From an uncultured Gemmatimonadales bacterium (GTDB taxonomy: Bacteria > Gemmatimonadota > Gemmatimonadetes > Gemmatimonadales > Gemmatimonadaceae): a stretch of 64,000 nucleotides of DNA. Positions within the stretch are counted from its first letter, which is position 1; each line of letters starts with the position of its first letter. Below are positions 45,001 to 55,231 of the stretch, in pieces. The notes under the pieces were generated by a model. It was not told the origin of the DNA, did not search any database, and was given only the letters and a program-made list of their open reading frames with translations. The position numbers were made by a program, and so were the translations under genes. The stretch is taken from contig OY969695.1 in NCBI GenBank assembly GCA_963701965.1, positions 992,001-1,056,000 on the forward strand. The letters run 5' to 3'.

Positions 45001-47406
45001 TTACTCCGATCGCATCGCGATCACGGGTGCGATAGCGGCCGCGCGGCGCGCCGGGAACCAGGACGCGAATGCGGCAACGGCCAGCAGCGCGGTGCCGGCA
45101 ACGCCGTAGGTAAGCGCATCATCCGATCGCACGCCGTAGAGCAGGCTGCCGAGCACGCGGCTCAATGCCAGCGCCGCGCACACGCCGATCACGACGCCCA
45201 GGCCGGCGAGCCGCATCCCCTGCGTCAGCACCAGCCCCGTCACCTGGCCGGCGCGTGCACCAAGTGCCAAGCGGATGCCCAGTTCGCGGCGGCGCTCGCG
45301 GACCGCGTACGCCAACACCCCATAAATGCCGATCACGGCCAGAAGCTCCGCCGTCATCGCGAACGCGCCCACCACCCACGCATAGATGCGTGGGCGCGCG
45401 ACGGTCGCGCCAATGGCGGCCGCGAACGTGCCGGATTCGTAGAGCGGCACATTCGGGTCGAGCGACGCAACCACGCGGCGGGCCGCGTTCAGCACCGTCG
45501 TCGGATCGCCGCTCGTGCGCACGACGAACGTCAGGTCGCCGAACGACTGCTGGTCGAACGCGATATAGATTACTTCCTGAGCAGCAGCCTTGAGGTCGTT
45601 CGCCTTGGTGTCGCCGACGACACCGACGATCTCGCCGCCGGCGGCGACACTGTCGCCGTGTCCCGTGGAGTCGCCGACCCACCCCAGGGCGACATGCTTC
45701 CCGATCGGGTCTTCGTTCGGGAAATTCGTGCGCGCGAACGCTTCACTCACCACGACCACTTGGTGTCCGCCTGCCCGGTCCGCGTCCGTGAACACTCGGC
45801 CCGTGCGGAGCGGAATGCCGAGCGTCGTGAAGAACGATGGCGTCACCAAACGCACCCAGACGAGGGCTTCCGCGCCGGGAGTTGCCGGCCGGCCGGCGAT
45901 ATGCACTGGCGTCGAGCCGACGCGCGCGCCAAACGGCATACCGAACCCGGCAGCTGCTCCCGACGTGCCGGGCAGCGCGCGGAGCTGATCGATCACGCCG
46001 TGCGTGAATCCCCGGAGCTTGGCCCACGTTGGGTAATCAGTGTTCGGCAGGCTGACCGCGAAACGCACCACGTGCTCGGGCTTGAGTCCCGGGTCGACCG
46101 CCATCATGCTGACGAAGCTGCGCGTGAGCAGGCCCGCTCCGACCAAGAGCACCACCGCGAGCGCGGTCTCGGCTACCACGAGCATCGCACGTGTTCGGCC
46201 GGCGCGGCAATGGCTGCTCGCGCCACGCGCCGCCGGCTGCGCCGCCCGCCGCGCCGAATGAAGCGCCGGCGCCAGGCCGAACAGCACGCCGGTGAGGGTC
46301 GCAAGGAGCGCCGTGAACGCGAGGACGCGACCGTTAACGGCGACTTCGTCGAGGCGTGGTAGATCAGCGGGCCGCGTCGCGACGAGCATGTGGACACCGC
46401 CGTACGCGAGCGCGACGCCGACTACCGCGCCAAAGAGCGCGAGCAGCAGGCTTTCAGTCAGGAGCTGCTGCACAATGCGGCCACGGCCTGCGCCCAGGGC
46501 GACGCGAATGCTGATCTCATTGCCGCGGCCGGTGGCGCGGACGAGTAGCATGTTGGCGACGTTCGCGCAGGCAATTGCCAGCACGCAGCCCACTGCGCCG
46601 AACAGAATGAGCAGGGCCGGGCGGGCGTCGCTCACCAGGTCCTGTTGGAGCGGCACCAGGGAGTAGTGGAGATTCACTGGTGCGCTCATGTACCGCAGGC
46701 GCAGGCGCTCGGTGACCGCGCCGATCTCCTGGCGGGCGTTGGACAGGGTCGTGCCGGGCGCGAGGCGGCCGACCATGTTCAGCATGTGCGCCCCGCGCAT
46801 GTTGGACGCAAGCATCCACGGCGCAATCACCTGCGGCAGCCAGACGTCGGGACGCTGCGGGTACGTGAACCCGGGCGGCGCGATACCGATAATGGTGTAG
46901 GGCTCGCCGTCGAGCGTCACGGTCCGCCCAAGCGCTGACGGATCGCCGCCGAACCGGGACCGCCAGAACCCATCGCTCAGGATCATCGTGTGCGGCGCCG
47001 TGGGCTCGTCTTCGTCCAATGTGAACGCGCGTCCGACCTGCACGGGGACGCCGAGGAGCGCGAACCAGTTCGCGCTCACTTGGGCGGCGGCGATGCGCGC
47101 GGGTTGGTCGCGGCCCATAAGCGTGACGGTGCGGACGTAGTAGACGGCTTCGGCGTCCAACCCGTGGAGTTGTTGGCGCAGGTCCAGGAAGTCGAGCGGG
47201 GATACGTAGCCCGCGGTGACCGCGACCGCGCGGTCGGCGTGGCGGAACGGCAGAGGGGTCAGGAGGACGCCGTCGATCACGCTGAAGATCAGGGTGTTGG
47301 CGCCGATCGCTAAGGCGAGCGTGGCGACGACGCCGGCGGTGAACCAAGGGCTTTGGGCCAGACCGCGGATAGCGGTCCGGACATCCCGCGTGAGCGCGTT
47401 GATCAT
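45001..47406 (-). CDS. Duplicated MacB-type ABC permease (ADOP-like)
   Basis: LALAIGANTLIFSVIDGVLL, IACANVANMLL, GIYGVLAY, ELGIRLALGA; start inferred at ATG 47406. Confidence 0.9.
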   Translation of the reverse strand: MINALTRDVRTAIRGLAQSPWFTAGVVATLALAIGANTLIFSVIDGVLLTPLPFRHADRAVAVTAGYVSPLDFLDLRQQLHGLDAEAVYYVRTVTLMGRDQPARIAAAQVSANWFALLGVPVQVGRAFTLDEDEPTAPHTMILSDGFWRSRFGGDPSALGRTVTLDGEPYTIIGIAPPGFTYPQRPDVWLPQVIAPWMLASNMRGAHMLNMVGRLAPGTTLSNARQEIGAVTERLRLRYMSAPVNLHYSLVPLQQDLVSDARPALLILFGAVGCVLAIACANVANMLLVRATGRGNEISIRVALGAGRGRIVQQLLTESLLLALFGAVVGVALAYGGVHMLVATRPADLPRLDEVAVNGRVLAFTALLATLTGVLFGLAPALHSARRAAQPAARGASSHCRAGRTRAMLVVAETALAVVLLVGAGLLTRSFVSMMAVDPGLKPEHVVRFAVSLPNTDYPTWAKLRGFTHGVIDQLRALPGTSGAAAGFGMPFGARVGSTPVHIAGRPATPGAEALVWVRLVTPSFFTTLGIPLRTGRVFTDADRAGGHQVVVVSEAFARTNFPNEDPIGKHVALGWVGDSTGHGDSVAAGGEIVGVVGDTKANDLKAAAQEVIYIAFDQQSFGDLTFVVRTSGDPTTVLNAARRVVASLDPNVPLYESGTFAAAIGATVARPRIYAWVVGAFAMTAELLAVIGIYGVLAYAVRERRRELGIRLALGARAGQVTGLVLTQGMRLAGLGVVIGVCAALALSRVLGSLLYGVRSDDALTYGVAGTALLAVAAFASWFPARRAAAIAPVIAMRSE

Positions 47407-47575
47407 GAGGCCTTGAACATCTGGAAGAGCCGTACCGTTGTGGCTCATCAAGTAAAGCATTGCGCAGCAATCGCCTCGGCCCTTCAGGGCGGGCTGGGCC
47501 TGACCCGTGGTGGGACTGGGTGTACGCGAATGGGTTCGGCGTATCGTCGGTAGAGCCCGGCGAACGCCGCCGCGT

Positions 47576-48592
47576 TCAGGGTTGCGTCCTTGCGAGACGC
47601 GCCATCGTGGCGGGGTAGGCGAAGACGCCGGGAACACCGCCGGTGTGAATCCACACCACCGGCCCACCGTCGCGAAAGCGCCCTCGGCGGGCGAGTCCTA
47701 TCAACCCAGCCAAGCCCTTGCCCGAGTAGACAGGGTCCGTGACCAACCCCTCCAGTCGGGCACCAAGGCGTATCGCTTCTTCGGTTGTCGGATCGACCTC
47801 CCCGTAGGCCGGTCCGCTCCAGTCCGACGCGACTTCGACCGTGTCGTCGTTCCAGCGACAGCCGATCATCCCGGTCACTTCACGTCCAATGCGCCGGACG
47901 TCTCTCGCGACTCGCTCCGGCTGTGCGTCGACATCGATCCCGATGACCTTGGCGCCGTGTCCCAGGACGATCAGCCCGGCCAGGAGGCCGGCTTGTGTGC
48001 CGCCACTCCCACTGCCGTGAACAATCCACCGCACGTCCGGGCACTCGCGGACGATCTCCTGGGCCGCCAGCGCGTAACCAATCGCGCCGAGCGCGTCAGA
48101 CACACCGTACGGCACGAGAAAGACGTTGCGCCCCGACGCGCGTAGCATGGTCGCGATCCCCGCGAGTGGCAGGTTACGATCTTCGTTCCACTCGACGTCG
48201 TGGATGGTGGCGCCGTAGAGGCGGTCGAGCAGGATGTTGCCATTCGTCTCATAGGTCGGCTCCGCGACGAAGGACCGGCCGCGCATGATCCCCAAATGGC
48301 ACTCCAGGCCCAGTTTGGCGCACGCGGCGGCCACCTGGCGCGCGGTGTTCGACTGCGCGACGCCGCCGCAGACGACGCAATCCGCGCCGGAGGAGCGCGC
48401 GGCGGCGAGACTGAACTCCAGCTTTCGGACTTTGTTGCCGCCGACGCCCAGGCCCGTGCAGTCATCGCGCTTCACGAGCAGCGTGCTGACGCCGAGGCGC
48501 TCACCCAGCCGCGCCATTGGCTCGAGTGGTGTCGGCAAGTGTGCCAGCCTAATCCGAGGGAGTTCGTGGATCGCCGCCAGCAGGTCAGACAT
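47576..48592 (-). CDS. D-cysteine desulfhydrase / ACC deaminase family PLP enzyme
   Basis: PTPLE, KRDDCTG, GGNKVRKLEF, GSGGTQAG, DPVYSGK, IHTGG. Confidence 0.9.
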   Translation of the reverse strand: MSDLLAAIHELPRIRLAHLPTPLEPMARLGERLGVSTLLVKRDDCTGLGVGGNKVRKLEFSLAAARSSGADCVVCGGVAQSNTARQVAAACAKLGLECHLGIMRGRSFVAEPTYETNGNILLDRLYGATIHDVEWNEDRNLPLAGIATMLRASGRNVFLVPYGVSDALGAIGYALAAQEIVRECPDVRWIVHGSGSGGTQAGLLAGLIVLGHGAKVIGIDVDAQPERVARDVRRIGREVTGMIGCRWNDDTVEVASDWSGPAYGEVDPTTEEAIRLGARLEGLVTDPVYSGKGLAGLIGLARRGRFRDGGPVVWIHTGGVPGVFAYPATMARLARTQP

Positions 48593-48657
48593 CGCAATGG
48601 GTGCAGTATCAGAGCCTCCCGGCGGGTGACCGGGAGACTGGGAGCGCGCGGCGCGCG

Positions 48658-49758
48658 TCAGTGCGCGGCGACGACGCGGGTCTTCTTTTCCAATCCGGCG
48701 AGCAACGTGTCGAACGATTTCTGGAAGCTCGACAGCCCATCGGCCAACAGCTTGTCCGTGACATCGCGCATCGAAATGCCGGCGGCTTCAATGTCGCGGA
48801 GCGCCTTGCGCGCCCCTTCCAGGTCGGCGTCGGCCGTCCGCGCGATGACGCCATGGTCGCGGAACGCGTCGATCGTCGCGGCGGGCATCGTGTTGACGGT
48901 GTCCGGCGCGATGAGCTGCTCGACGTACATGACGTCCCGATAGGCCGGATTCTTGGTGCTGGTGCTGGCCCACAGCGGGCGCTGCACGTGCGCGCCCTGA
49001 CGGCGCAGTTCCTCCCACGCCGGACCAGAAAACCGCTGCTGAAAGAGCGCGTACGCGAGCTTCGCGTTCGCCACGGCGGCTTTGCCGGCCAGGCCGCTCG
49101 CCGAGGGCCCGAGCGCCGCGAGCCGCTGGTCGATCTCCGAGTCGACGCGACTCACGAAAAAGCTCGCGACCGACGCGACGCTGCTGACGGCGCCGCCGGC
49201 CCGCAGACGATCCGTGAGCCCGCCAATGTAGGCATCGATGACCGTCGAATAGGCATCAATGGAGAACAGGAGCGTGATGTTGACGTTGATGCCGTCAGCC
49301 GTGAGCCGGCGTACCGCGACGACGCCATCGGGCGTCCCCGGTACCTTGACCATCAAGTTCGGCCGCGCCACCGTGTTCCAGAGACGTCGCGCCTCGACAA
49401 TGGTCGCCGGAGCGTCGTTGGCGACGCCGGGCGACACTTCGATCGAGACGTAGCCGTCGGCGCCTTTGGTCTGGTCGTAGACGGGACGAAAGATGTCGCA
49501 CGCGGCCCGGACATCATCGGTCTCAATGCGCTCGAACATGGCCATGGGCTCCATGCCGCCGAGCGTCGCCAGCTGCTCGTCGTACGCCGACCCTTCGGCC
49601 AGCGCTTTCTCGAAGATCGTCGGATTCGACGTCTCTCCGGTTACGGCGTCATCCTGAATGCGGCGCTGGAGCGTCCCGTCGCGGAGAATCGCGCGGTCAA
49701 TGAAATCGAGCCAGATCGACTGGCCGGCGTCGTGCAACTGATGAAGTCGGTTCGGCAT
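48658..49758 (-). CDS. tal: Transaldolase
   Basis: GQSIWLD, TSNPTIF, VSIEVSP, MVKVP, NITLLFS, FFVSRVD, LWASTSTKNP; start ATG 49758. Confidence 0.94.
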   Translation of the reverse strand: MPNRLHQLHDAGQSIWLDFIDRAILRDGTLQRRIQDDAVTGETSNPTIFEKALAEGSAYDEQLATLGGMEPMAMFERIETDDVRAACDIFRPVYDQTKGADGYVSIEVSPGVANDAPATIVEARRLWNTVARPNLMVKVPGTPDGVVAVRRLTADGINVNITLLFSIDAYSTVIDAYIGGLTDRLRAGGAVSSVASVASFFVSRVDSEIDQRLAALGPSASGLAGKAAVANAKLAYALFQQRFSGPAWEELRRQGAHVQRPLWASTSTKNPAYRDVMYVEQLIAPDTVNTMPAATIDAFRDHGVIARTADADLEGARKALRDIEAAGISMRDVTDKLLADGLSSFQKSFDTLLAGLEKKTRVVAAH

Positions 49759-49790
49759 GGCCGCCGTGAAAGAGAGAGGTACCGTGGAAG

Positions 49791-51236
49791 TTACACGGGC
49801 TTCGCGGTCGCCGAAACGGCAAATCCCTCCCGATGCATAACGCCCCACGACCGCACGCCCCGCGCGTACTTCCAGAACGCCTGCAAACGAAAGAAGACGG
49901 TGATCTGCCGGTAGCCGAAATTCTCGAGCACGGCATAGAGGATGAGCCGTCCGAAATCGGACAGTCTCGAGTAGCGCCGGTACGTCAGCTCCTCGAGCAC
50001 GAAGGTCCAGATCGAGAGCAACAGCCCGTAACCGATCGCGACGAGCAGAAACAGCGCCGCGAACTCGCGGTTGACCGCCCCGATCGCCAGTCCGGCCGCC
50101 GTGATCACATAACCGAACAACTCGACGAGAGGCGCCAGCATCTCCCCGAAGAAATAGAACGGATACGCCACCATCCCGACGGATCCGTATTTCCGGTTGA
50201 ACATCAAGTCGCGATGCGCCCACAGCGTGGCGATCAACCCGCGGTGCCACCGCTCCCGTTGACGGCCGAGCACCTTGAGGCTGGTCGGGACTTCCGTCCA
50301 GGCCACGGGATCGGGCACGAACGGCATCTTGTCGGGCAGCTTGTTCTCGTGCAGATACCGGTGCATCCGGACGACGAGGTCCATGTCCTCCGTGATGTTG
50401 CCGGTCTTGTACCCGCCGATCTTGAGCACATAGTCCCGGCGAAAGAGTCCGAACGCACCGGAGATGATCAGATTGCCGCCGAGGCGGTTCCACCCCAGTC
50501 GCCCGAACAGAAACGCGCGGAGATACTCGACGACCTGGATGCCCGGAAGGATCCGGCGGTCGACGCGGGTCTCGACGACCCGGCCGTGCTCCACCCGGCA
50601 ACCGTTGGCGACGCGGATCGTGCCGCCGACGGCGGCCACGTGTCCCCCCATGAGAAACGGCCGCGCCAGACGCAACAGCGCGTCCGACTCGATCAGCGTG
50701 TCGGCGTCGACGGCGATCACGTACGGGTAGCGCGCGGCGTTGAGCGCGGCGTTGAGCGCATCGGCCTTGCCGCCGTTGTCCTTGTCCAGCACCAGCAGCT
50801 TGGAGTAGCGGCGCGACCGGTAGTAGGCACGCACGGGCCGCGTCGGCACGGCCACTGGAAACGCCGGTGGCACTTCGTACAGGTCGTAGGCCTCGACGAG
50901 GCGTTGAATGGTCTGGTCTTTGGAGCCGTCACTGACCAAGACCACTTCGTGCCGCGGGTACTCCAGTGTCAAAAACGAGAGCACGCTGGCCGCGATCGTG
51001 ACCTCTTCGTTGTATGCCGGGACCAAAATCGAGAGCGGGGGTAACGCGTCGGAGCCCAGCAGGCGTTGGACGTGCTCGTCGTGCGCCAGGTGCCAGTGCA
51101 GCCAGGCCTCCGGGATGGACGACAGCAAGAGCACCGCGTAGAACGAGTTCAGCGCCAGGAAGTAGATGAGCACCGTGGCATCGGCGACCGCGATGCCCGT
51201 CAGGATCCACGCGTGCAGGGTCGGCCCGAGACTCAC
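49791..51236 (-). CDS. Processive GT2 glycosyltransferase (PgaC/IcaA-like)
   Basis: VPAYNE, DGSKD, GKADALN, DAD, TED, QRERW; C-terminal TMs. Confidence 0.9.
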   Translation of the reverse strand: MSLGPTLHAWILTGIAVADATVLIYFLALNSFYAVLLLSSIPEAWLHWHLAHDEHVQRLLGSDALPPLSILVPAYNEEVTIAASVLSFLTLEYPRHEVVLVSDGSKDQTIQRLVEAYDLYEVPPAFPVAVPTRPVRAYYRSRRYSKLLVLDKDNGGKADALNAALNAARYPYVIAVDADTLIESDALLRLARPFLMGGHVAAVGGTIRVANGCRVEHGRVVETRVDRRILPGIQVVEYLRAFLFGRLGWNRLGGNLIISGAFGLFRRDYVLKIGGYKTGNITEDMDLVVRMHRYLHENKLPDKMPFVPDPVAWTEVPTSLKVLGRQRERWHRGLIATLWAHRDLMFNRKYGSVGMVAYPFYFFGEMLAPLVELFGYVITAAGLAIGAVNREFAALFLLVAIGYGLLLSIWTFVLEELTYRRYSRLSDFGRLILYAVLENFGYRQITVFFRLQAFWKYARGVRSWGVMHREGFAVSATAKPV

Positions 51237-52304
51237 GCTTCGGCCAGCTCCAGCACTCCGCCGCCCGACAATCCGCTGATCATCGTCGCCATCTCGCTGG
51301 CGTACCGGTCATTGCCGGCGCGGGCTTCCCGCAACATCCGCCGGCCGGGCTCCCCGAGCTGCGCCAGGCTCAGCGCCGCGCGAAACCGCACCCACCACGC
51401 TTGGTCGCCGAGGAGAACGCCGAGGGGCGCGACGGCATCGTTGACGCGCAGCACGCCAATGGAGCGCGCCGCTTGGGCGCGAACGCGCCAGTCGGGGTCG
51501 CGCAGGAGTACCAGCAGGACGGGAGGCGTATCCTGGTGAAAGTAGTGCTTGAGGGCGCGGGCCACGGCGAGCCGCACATCGGCGTCGGTGTGCTCGGCGA
51601 GCCGGAGCAACGGCGCCAGCACGCCGGGCGTGGCCAGCGCTTCGGCCAGGTTGATCCACACTTCAAGGCGGCGGGGCGGCGTGTCGGGGCGGAGCCGTGT
51701 GGCGACCAGTGGGACCGTGTGGGTCCAACACTGCCGGAGCGCACCAAAGAGATAGTGACGCACCGCGACGGGGCGCCCGGGCAGGGTCTCGACGACGAGC
51801 GACACCAGCTCGGCGTCGGCGACGCGGGCCAGACACGAGGCGGCGGCGAGTTGGACCGCAGGGTGCTTGTCCAGGAGGAGCCGGCGGAGCAGCGCCCGGT
51901 GCGCCTCGGTCCCCACGACGGCGAGCAGTCGGACGGCCGCCAAGCGCCGCCACCACTGGCGGGAACGGGCCCCGTCCAGGCCGCGCACGACCCACCGCTC
52001 GTCGCGAAGGGCCGTGGCCAGCGCCTCCTGCCGCTCGGGTGCCACGCGCAACGCGGACAAGCCGCGTGAGCTGTTCGATGGCGTCTTCGGGTGACAGCGC
52101 CGCGAGATGGTTGCGGACATCGCTGACGTCCCCGGAGCCCAGGAGAAAGCAATGCAACGGCTCGGTCAGTGACGAGGCGACGACCGTCTGCCGCCGCGCC
52201 CGCCGGCGAAATCGCACGCAATGCACCAGCAGATACGCCAGGAGCGTCAGGATGAAGATGACCTGCATCGCGACGATGAGGGACAAAATGACGGTTGGCA
52301 GCAC
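51233..52304 (-). pseudogene. Membrane-anchored HEAT-repeat protein split by an apparent +1 frameshift near 52060
   Basis: TM N-terminus in one frame, HEAT repeats (DPDWRVRAQAARS, DQAWWVRFRAALSL) in another; removing one base joins them. Confidence 0.7.
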
Positions 52305-52310
52305 GGTGCG

Positions 52311-53112
52311 TTATCCGTGCCGAATCCACGTCGGGATCTTCGCCAGGAGGACGCGCAAATTGAGGGGCTTCACGATGTAGTCGAGCGCGCCGTTGGTGAG
52401 GGCGCGGACTTGCTCGGATTCGCCGCTGTGCACCGTCTGGAACACGACGCCGAACACACCGGGGCGCTGCACGCGCAAACGCTCGTGCAACGAGTGGCCA
52501 TCAATGCCGGGCAGGTCGACGTCCAACAGGATCAACGGGCGGCGGCCGTCGGCGGGCACCGGCATGGCGAGTAGTGCATCCAGCGCTTGCGGCCCCGTGC
52601 TGTAGGCGCACGTCGTGAACCCACCGGACCGGAGCGCGTACAAGAGCATCTCCTGCAGCGGGCCGTCGTCCTCGATCACGATCACGTCCGGCACGTCGGC
52701 AGTCGGCTCCGACGCCAGCGCTTCGAGGACCGCCACCGGCTTGGGTGCCGGCGTGGTGGGCTCGCCGCCCGGTTCTTCCACGGCAATGGCCAGCACTTCC
52801 GCGAACTCGGCGATCATCGCGCTCCGTTCGTCGCGATCGAGGGTGTGGTCGTCGGCCCAACGCACGGCGCGCTCCTCCAGCTTCCCGGCGAGAATGGCTC
52901 GCTTCCCGAAACCCGTAGCTCCCCGCGGTCCCGTGGACGCGGTGCAGCTCGCGCCGCAGGGCATCGACGACTTCGGGGGCATCGGGGCTCGTGGCGAGTT
53001 GCCCGGCCAACGCCCGGAACGCTTCGCACGTACGCATCGTGGACGAGCGGAACCGCTCGCGCAGCGCGCGCATCACCTCGGGCGACAAAGTTGGCTTTGG
53101 AGCGTCGTTCAT
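52311..53112 (-). pseudogene. Hpt-receiver fusion protein split by an apparent +1 frameshift near 52894
   Basis: Hpt LHRVHGTAGSYGF in one frame continues as LAGKLEE plus REC domain (IEDD, LLDVDLPG, IVKP) in another. Confidence 0.72.
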
Positions 53113-53207
53113 GAGGACCCTGGGTTGCGCCGTCAGCACGGAGCTCGTCTCAGGGCAAGACGTACCCCATGGGTCGCTCGTCACGCTTCTGCTAAGGTAG
53201 TCAGCCT

Positions 53208-53573
53208 ATGCGTCTCCTCTGCGCCGACAATGAAGCGGACATCCGCACGATTCTGGAGCTGGCGCTCGGGCTCGACCCGGAGTTCCAGGTCGAGATCGTC
53301 GAGTCCGGCCAGGACGCCCTCACCCGGGCCAAGGAATCGCGGTTCGACGCGATCTTGCTCGACGGCATGATGCCGGGGTTGGATGGGTATGAGACCTGCC
53401 GCCGCCTCAAGGCCGACGCGTCGACGGCCGACGTGCCGGTCCTGTTCCTGACCGCCAAAACCCAGCGCGACGAAGTCGCGCGCGCGCTCGAGATCGGCGC
53501 CGTGGCCTGTCTCACGAAGCCGTTCGACCCGCTCACGATCGCCGCCGAAGTCCGGCGGGCCTTGGGCGTTTAG
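53208..53573 (+). CDS. Single-domain response regulator (CheY-like)
   Basis: LLDGMMPGLDG, FLTA, TKPFDP. Confidence 0.9.
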   Translation: MRLLCADNEADIRTILELALGLDPEFQVEIVESGQDALTRAKESRFDAILLDGMMPGLDGYETCRRLKADASTADVPVLFLTAKTQRDEVARALEIGAVACLTKPFDPLTIAAEVRRALGV

Positions 53574-55006
53574 GGTATCAGCTTGGCCGTGACGGCCAGC
53601 GCGTAGCCGCGATAGCCGGCCGCTTCACTCGCGGATACCGCGTAGGGAGAAGCCGCCACGGTATAGCCGGCCGACAGGCCGCACTCGACGCCGGGCATGA
53701 ACCGGTAGGTCAGTGATCCCGCGACGCGCTCCGCCGGCTTCACGGACCCCGGCTTGCCGAAAGCGGCAATCCGTTGGGCACCCACGCCGATCTCGGCCAA
53801 CGCGTTGAGACCATGATCGCGCGCCGTGGCCGCGCGAACGACGCCCTCGGTCAGGATGAAGCTCGCGGGTACGAAGTACCCGTCCGTGGAGTCGGGCCGC
53901 AGATAGCCGTAGCCGTGCGTGCCCGCCCCGACGGAGACGATGCGCCACGTGGGGGACCACACGTACATCGAGCCTTCCATCCGCTCGTTGGGCCGAGTGC
54001 CGCCACTCAGACCGACGTAGGCCGCCTGGGCGTCGGCGTGCACGCCGGCGGGCAAGATCACCGTCGCCTCGGCGTCGGTGGCCGTTTGCATGATTCCGTG
54101 GGCGATCAGGGCCGCGGTCTCGTCGTACGCGTCGCGCCACAGGCCGGCCGTCAGGGTCGATGCCCCCACGCGCACCGACGCGTGGGCGGCGCCGACCGCC
54201 GTGACCAGATCGTGGGTCAGCGGCACACCGGGGGCCGTTCCGCGGACGTCGATGAATCCCGCCTCGCCGCGGAGCGTGATGATCTCGCCGAGCGAAGACC
54301 AACCGGCGCCGAGTCGCGCCCCAAACGCGCTGCCCGTCGCGGCGAGCCCGGTCGCCGCGACATACGTGCTGGCGAACGTCCAGCGACCCCAGGGCGCCGG
54401 CGCGTCGCCAGCCACGGTGCCAGCCACGCTGGTGTTATGCTCATTGTCTCCGGCGGTCGTGACCGCGGGCCGCAAGGATGCGGAGAGCACCGGGCGCAGG
54501 GTGGCCATGGCGGCACGGGCATCGGGATCGTCGGGATGGGCGGCGATGGCGCGTTCAAGAGCGGCCCGCGCTTCGCGCGGCCGCCCCTCCCACTGGAGGA
54601 TCTGCGCGAGGCCGGTGTACGCCTCGGCATCGGTCGTGTCGCGCGCGACCACGGACCGATAGAGCGAGTCGCTCTCGGCGAGGCGCCCGCGCCAGGCCAC
54701 AACGCGCGCCAGACCTTTCACGGCGTCCGGCCCGGCGCCCGAGTCGATGAGTCCCCGATAGTCTGATTCCGACTCGGCCAGACGGCCGCTCCAGGCCACG
54801 GTCAGGGCGCGACTGATGGCGGCGTCCCAATTCCGGGGATCGGCGGCCAGCACGGAGTCGTACAGGACGATCGCCGCGGCGTAGTGCGCCGACAAGGCGA
54901 GCGCGTGCGCGCGCGCCTCGCGGGTCGGGGCTTGCGCCATGACCGCCGGCGCGCCGACGCACAGGATGAGGGCCGCGCCGAGCGCGGTACGACAGGAACC
55001 TCTCAC
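53570..55006 (-). CDS. TPR protein with C-terminal putative outer-membrane beta-barrel (YaiO/PgaA-like)
   Basis: Signal peptide; TPR-like repeats (AWSGRLAES, AWRGRLAES, QWEGRPREA); amphipathic beta strands with GYFVP. Confidence 0.72.
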   Translation of the reverse strand: MRGSCRTALGAALILCVGAPAVMAQAPTREARAHALALSAHYAAAIVLYDSVLAADPRNWDAAISRALTVAWSGRLAESESDYRGLIDSGAGPDAVKGLARVVAWRGRLAESDSLYRSVVARDTTDAEAYTGLAQILQWEGRPREARAALERAIAAHPDDPDARAAMATLRPVLSASLRPAVTTAGDNEHNTSVAGTVAGDAPAPWGRWTFASTYVAATGLAATGSAFGARLGAGWSSLGEIITLRGEAGFIDVRGTAPGVPLTHDLVTAVGAAHASVRVGASTLTAGLWRDAYDETAALIAHGIMQTATDAEATVILPAGVHADAQAAYVGLSGGTRPNERMEGSMYVWSPTWRIVSVGAGTHGYGYLRPDSTDGYFVPASFILTEGVVRAATARDHGLNALAEIGVGAQRIAAFGKPGSVKPAERVAGSLTYRFMPGVECGLSAGYTVAASPYAVSASEAAGYRGYALAVTAKLIP

Positions 55007-55051
55007 GGGAACTAGACGCCACGGCGAAAGCCCGTGTCACGTGAGAGCCTT

Positions 55052-55231
55052 CTAATGTTCGCTCGCGATCGCCCGGCCACGGGCCTCGGCCAGTTTCCTG
55101 GCCAGCCCGCGATAGAATGCGGCGTCTTCCGGTCGGCCTTCGGATTCCAGGCGGCCCGCCGCCAGCTCCAACGCGTACAGCAGGTTGCCGAGATAGAGGT
55201 CGGCGATCGCGCCGACCGTCTCGTCAGCCAT
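55052..55231 (-). CDS. Small hypothetical protein (59 aa)
   Basis: Helical ORF whose start overlaps the PP2C stop; fills the operon gap. Confidence 0.6.
   Translation of the reverse strand: MADETVGAIADLYLGNLLYALELAAGRLESEGRPEDAAFYRGLARKLAEARGRAIASEH

Noticed and set aside
47407..47575. Intergenic region with GCCC-TTCA-GGGC hairpin resembling an IS200/IS605 end or a riboswitch
   Set aside because: Only a 4-bp stem; no transposase, no second copy and no recognisable riboswitch consensus.
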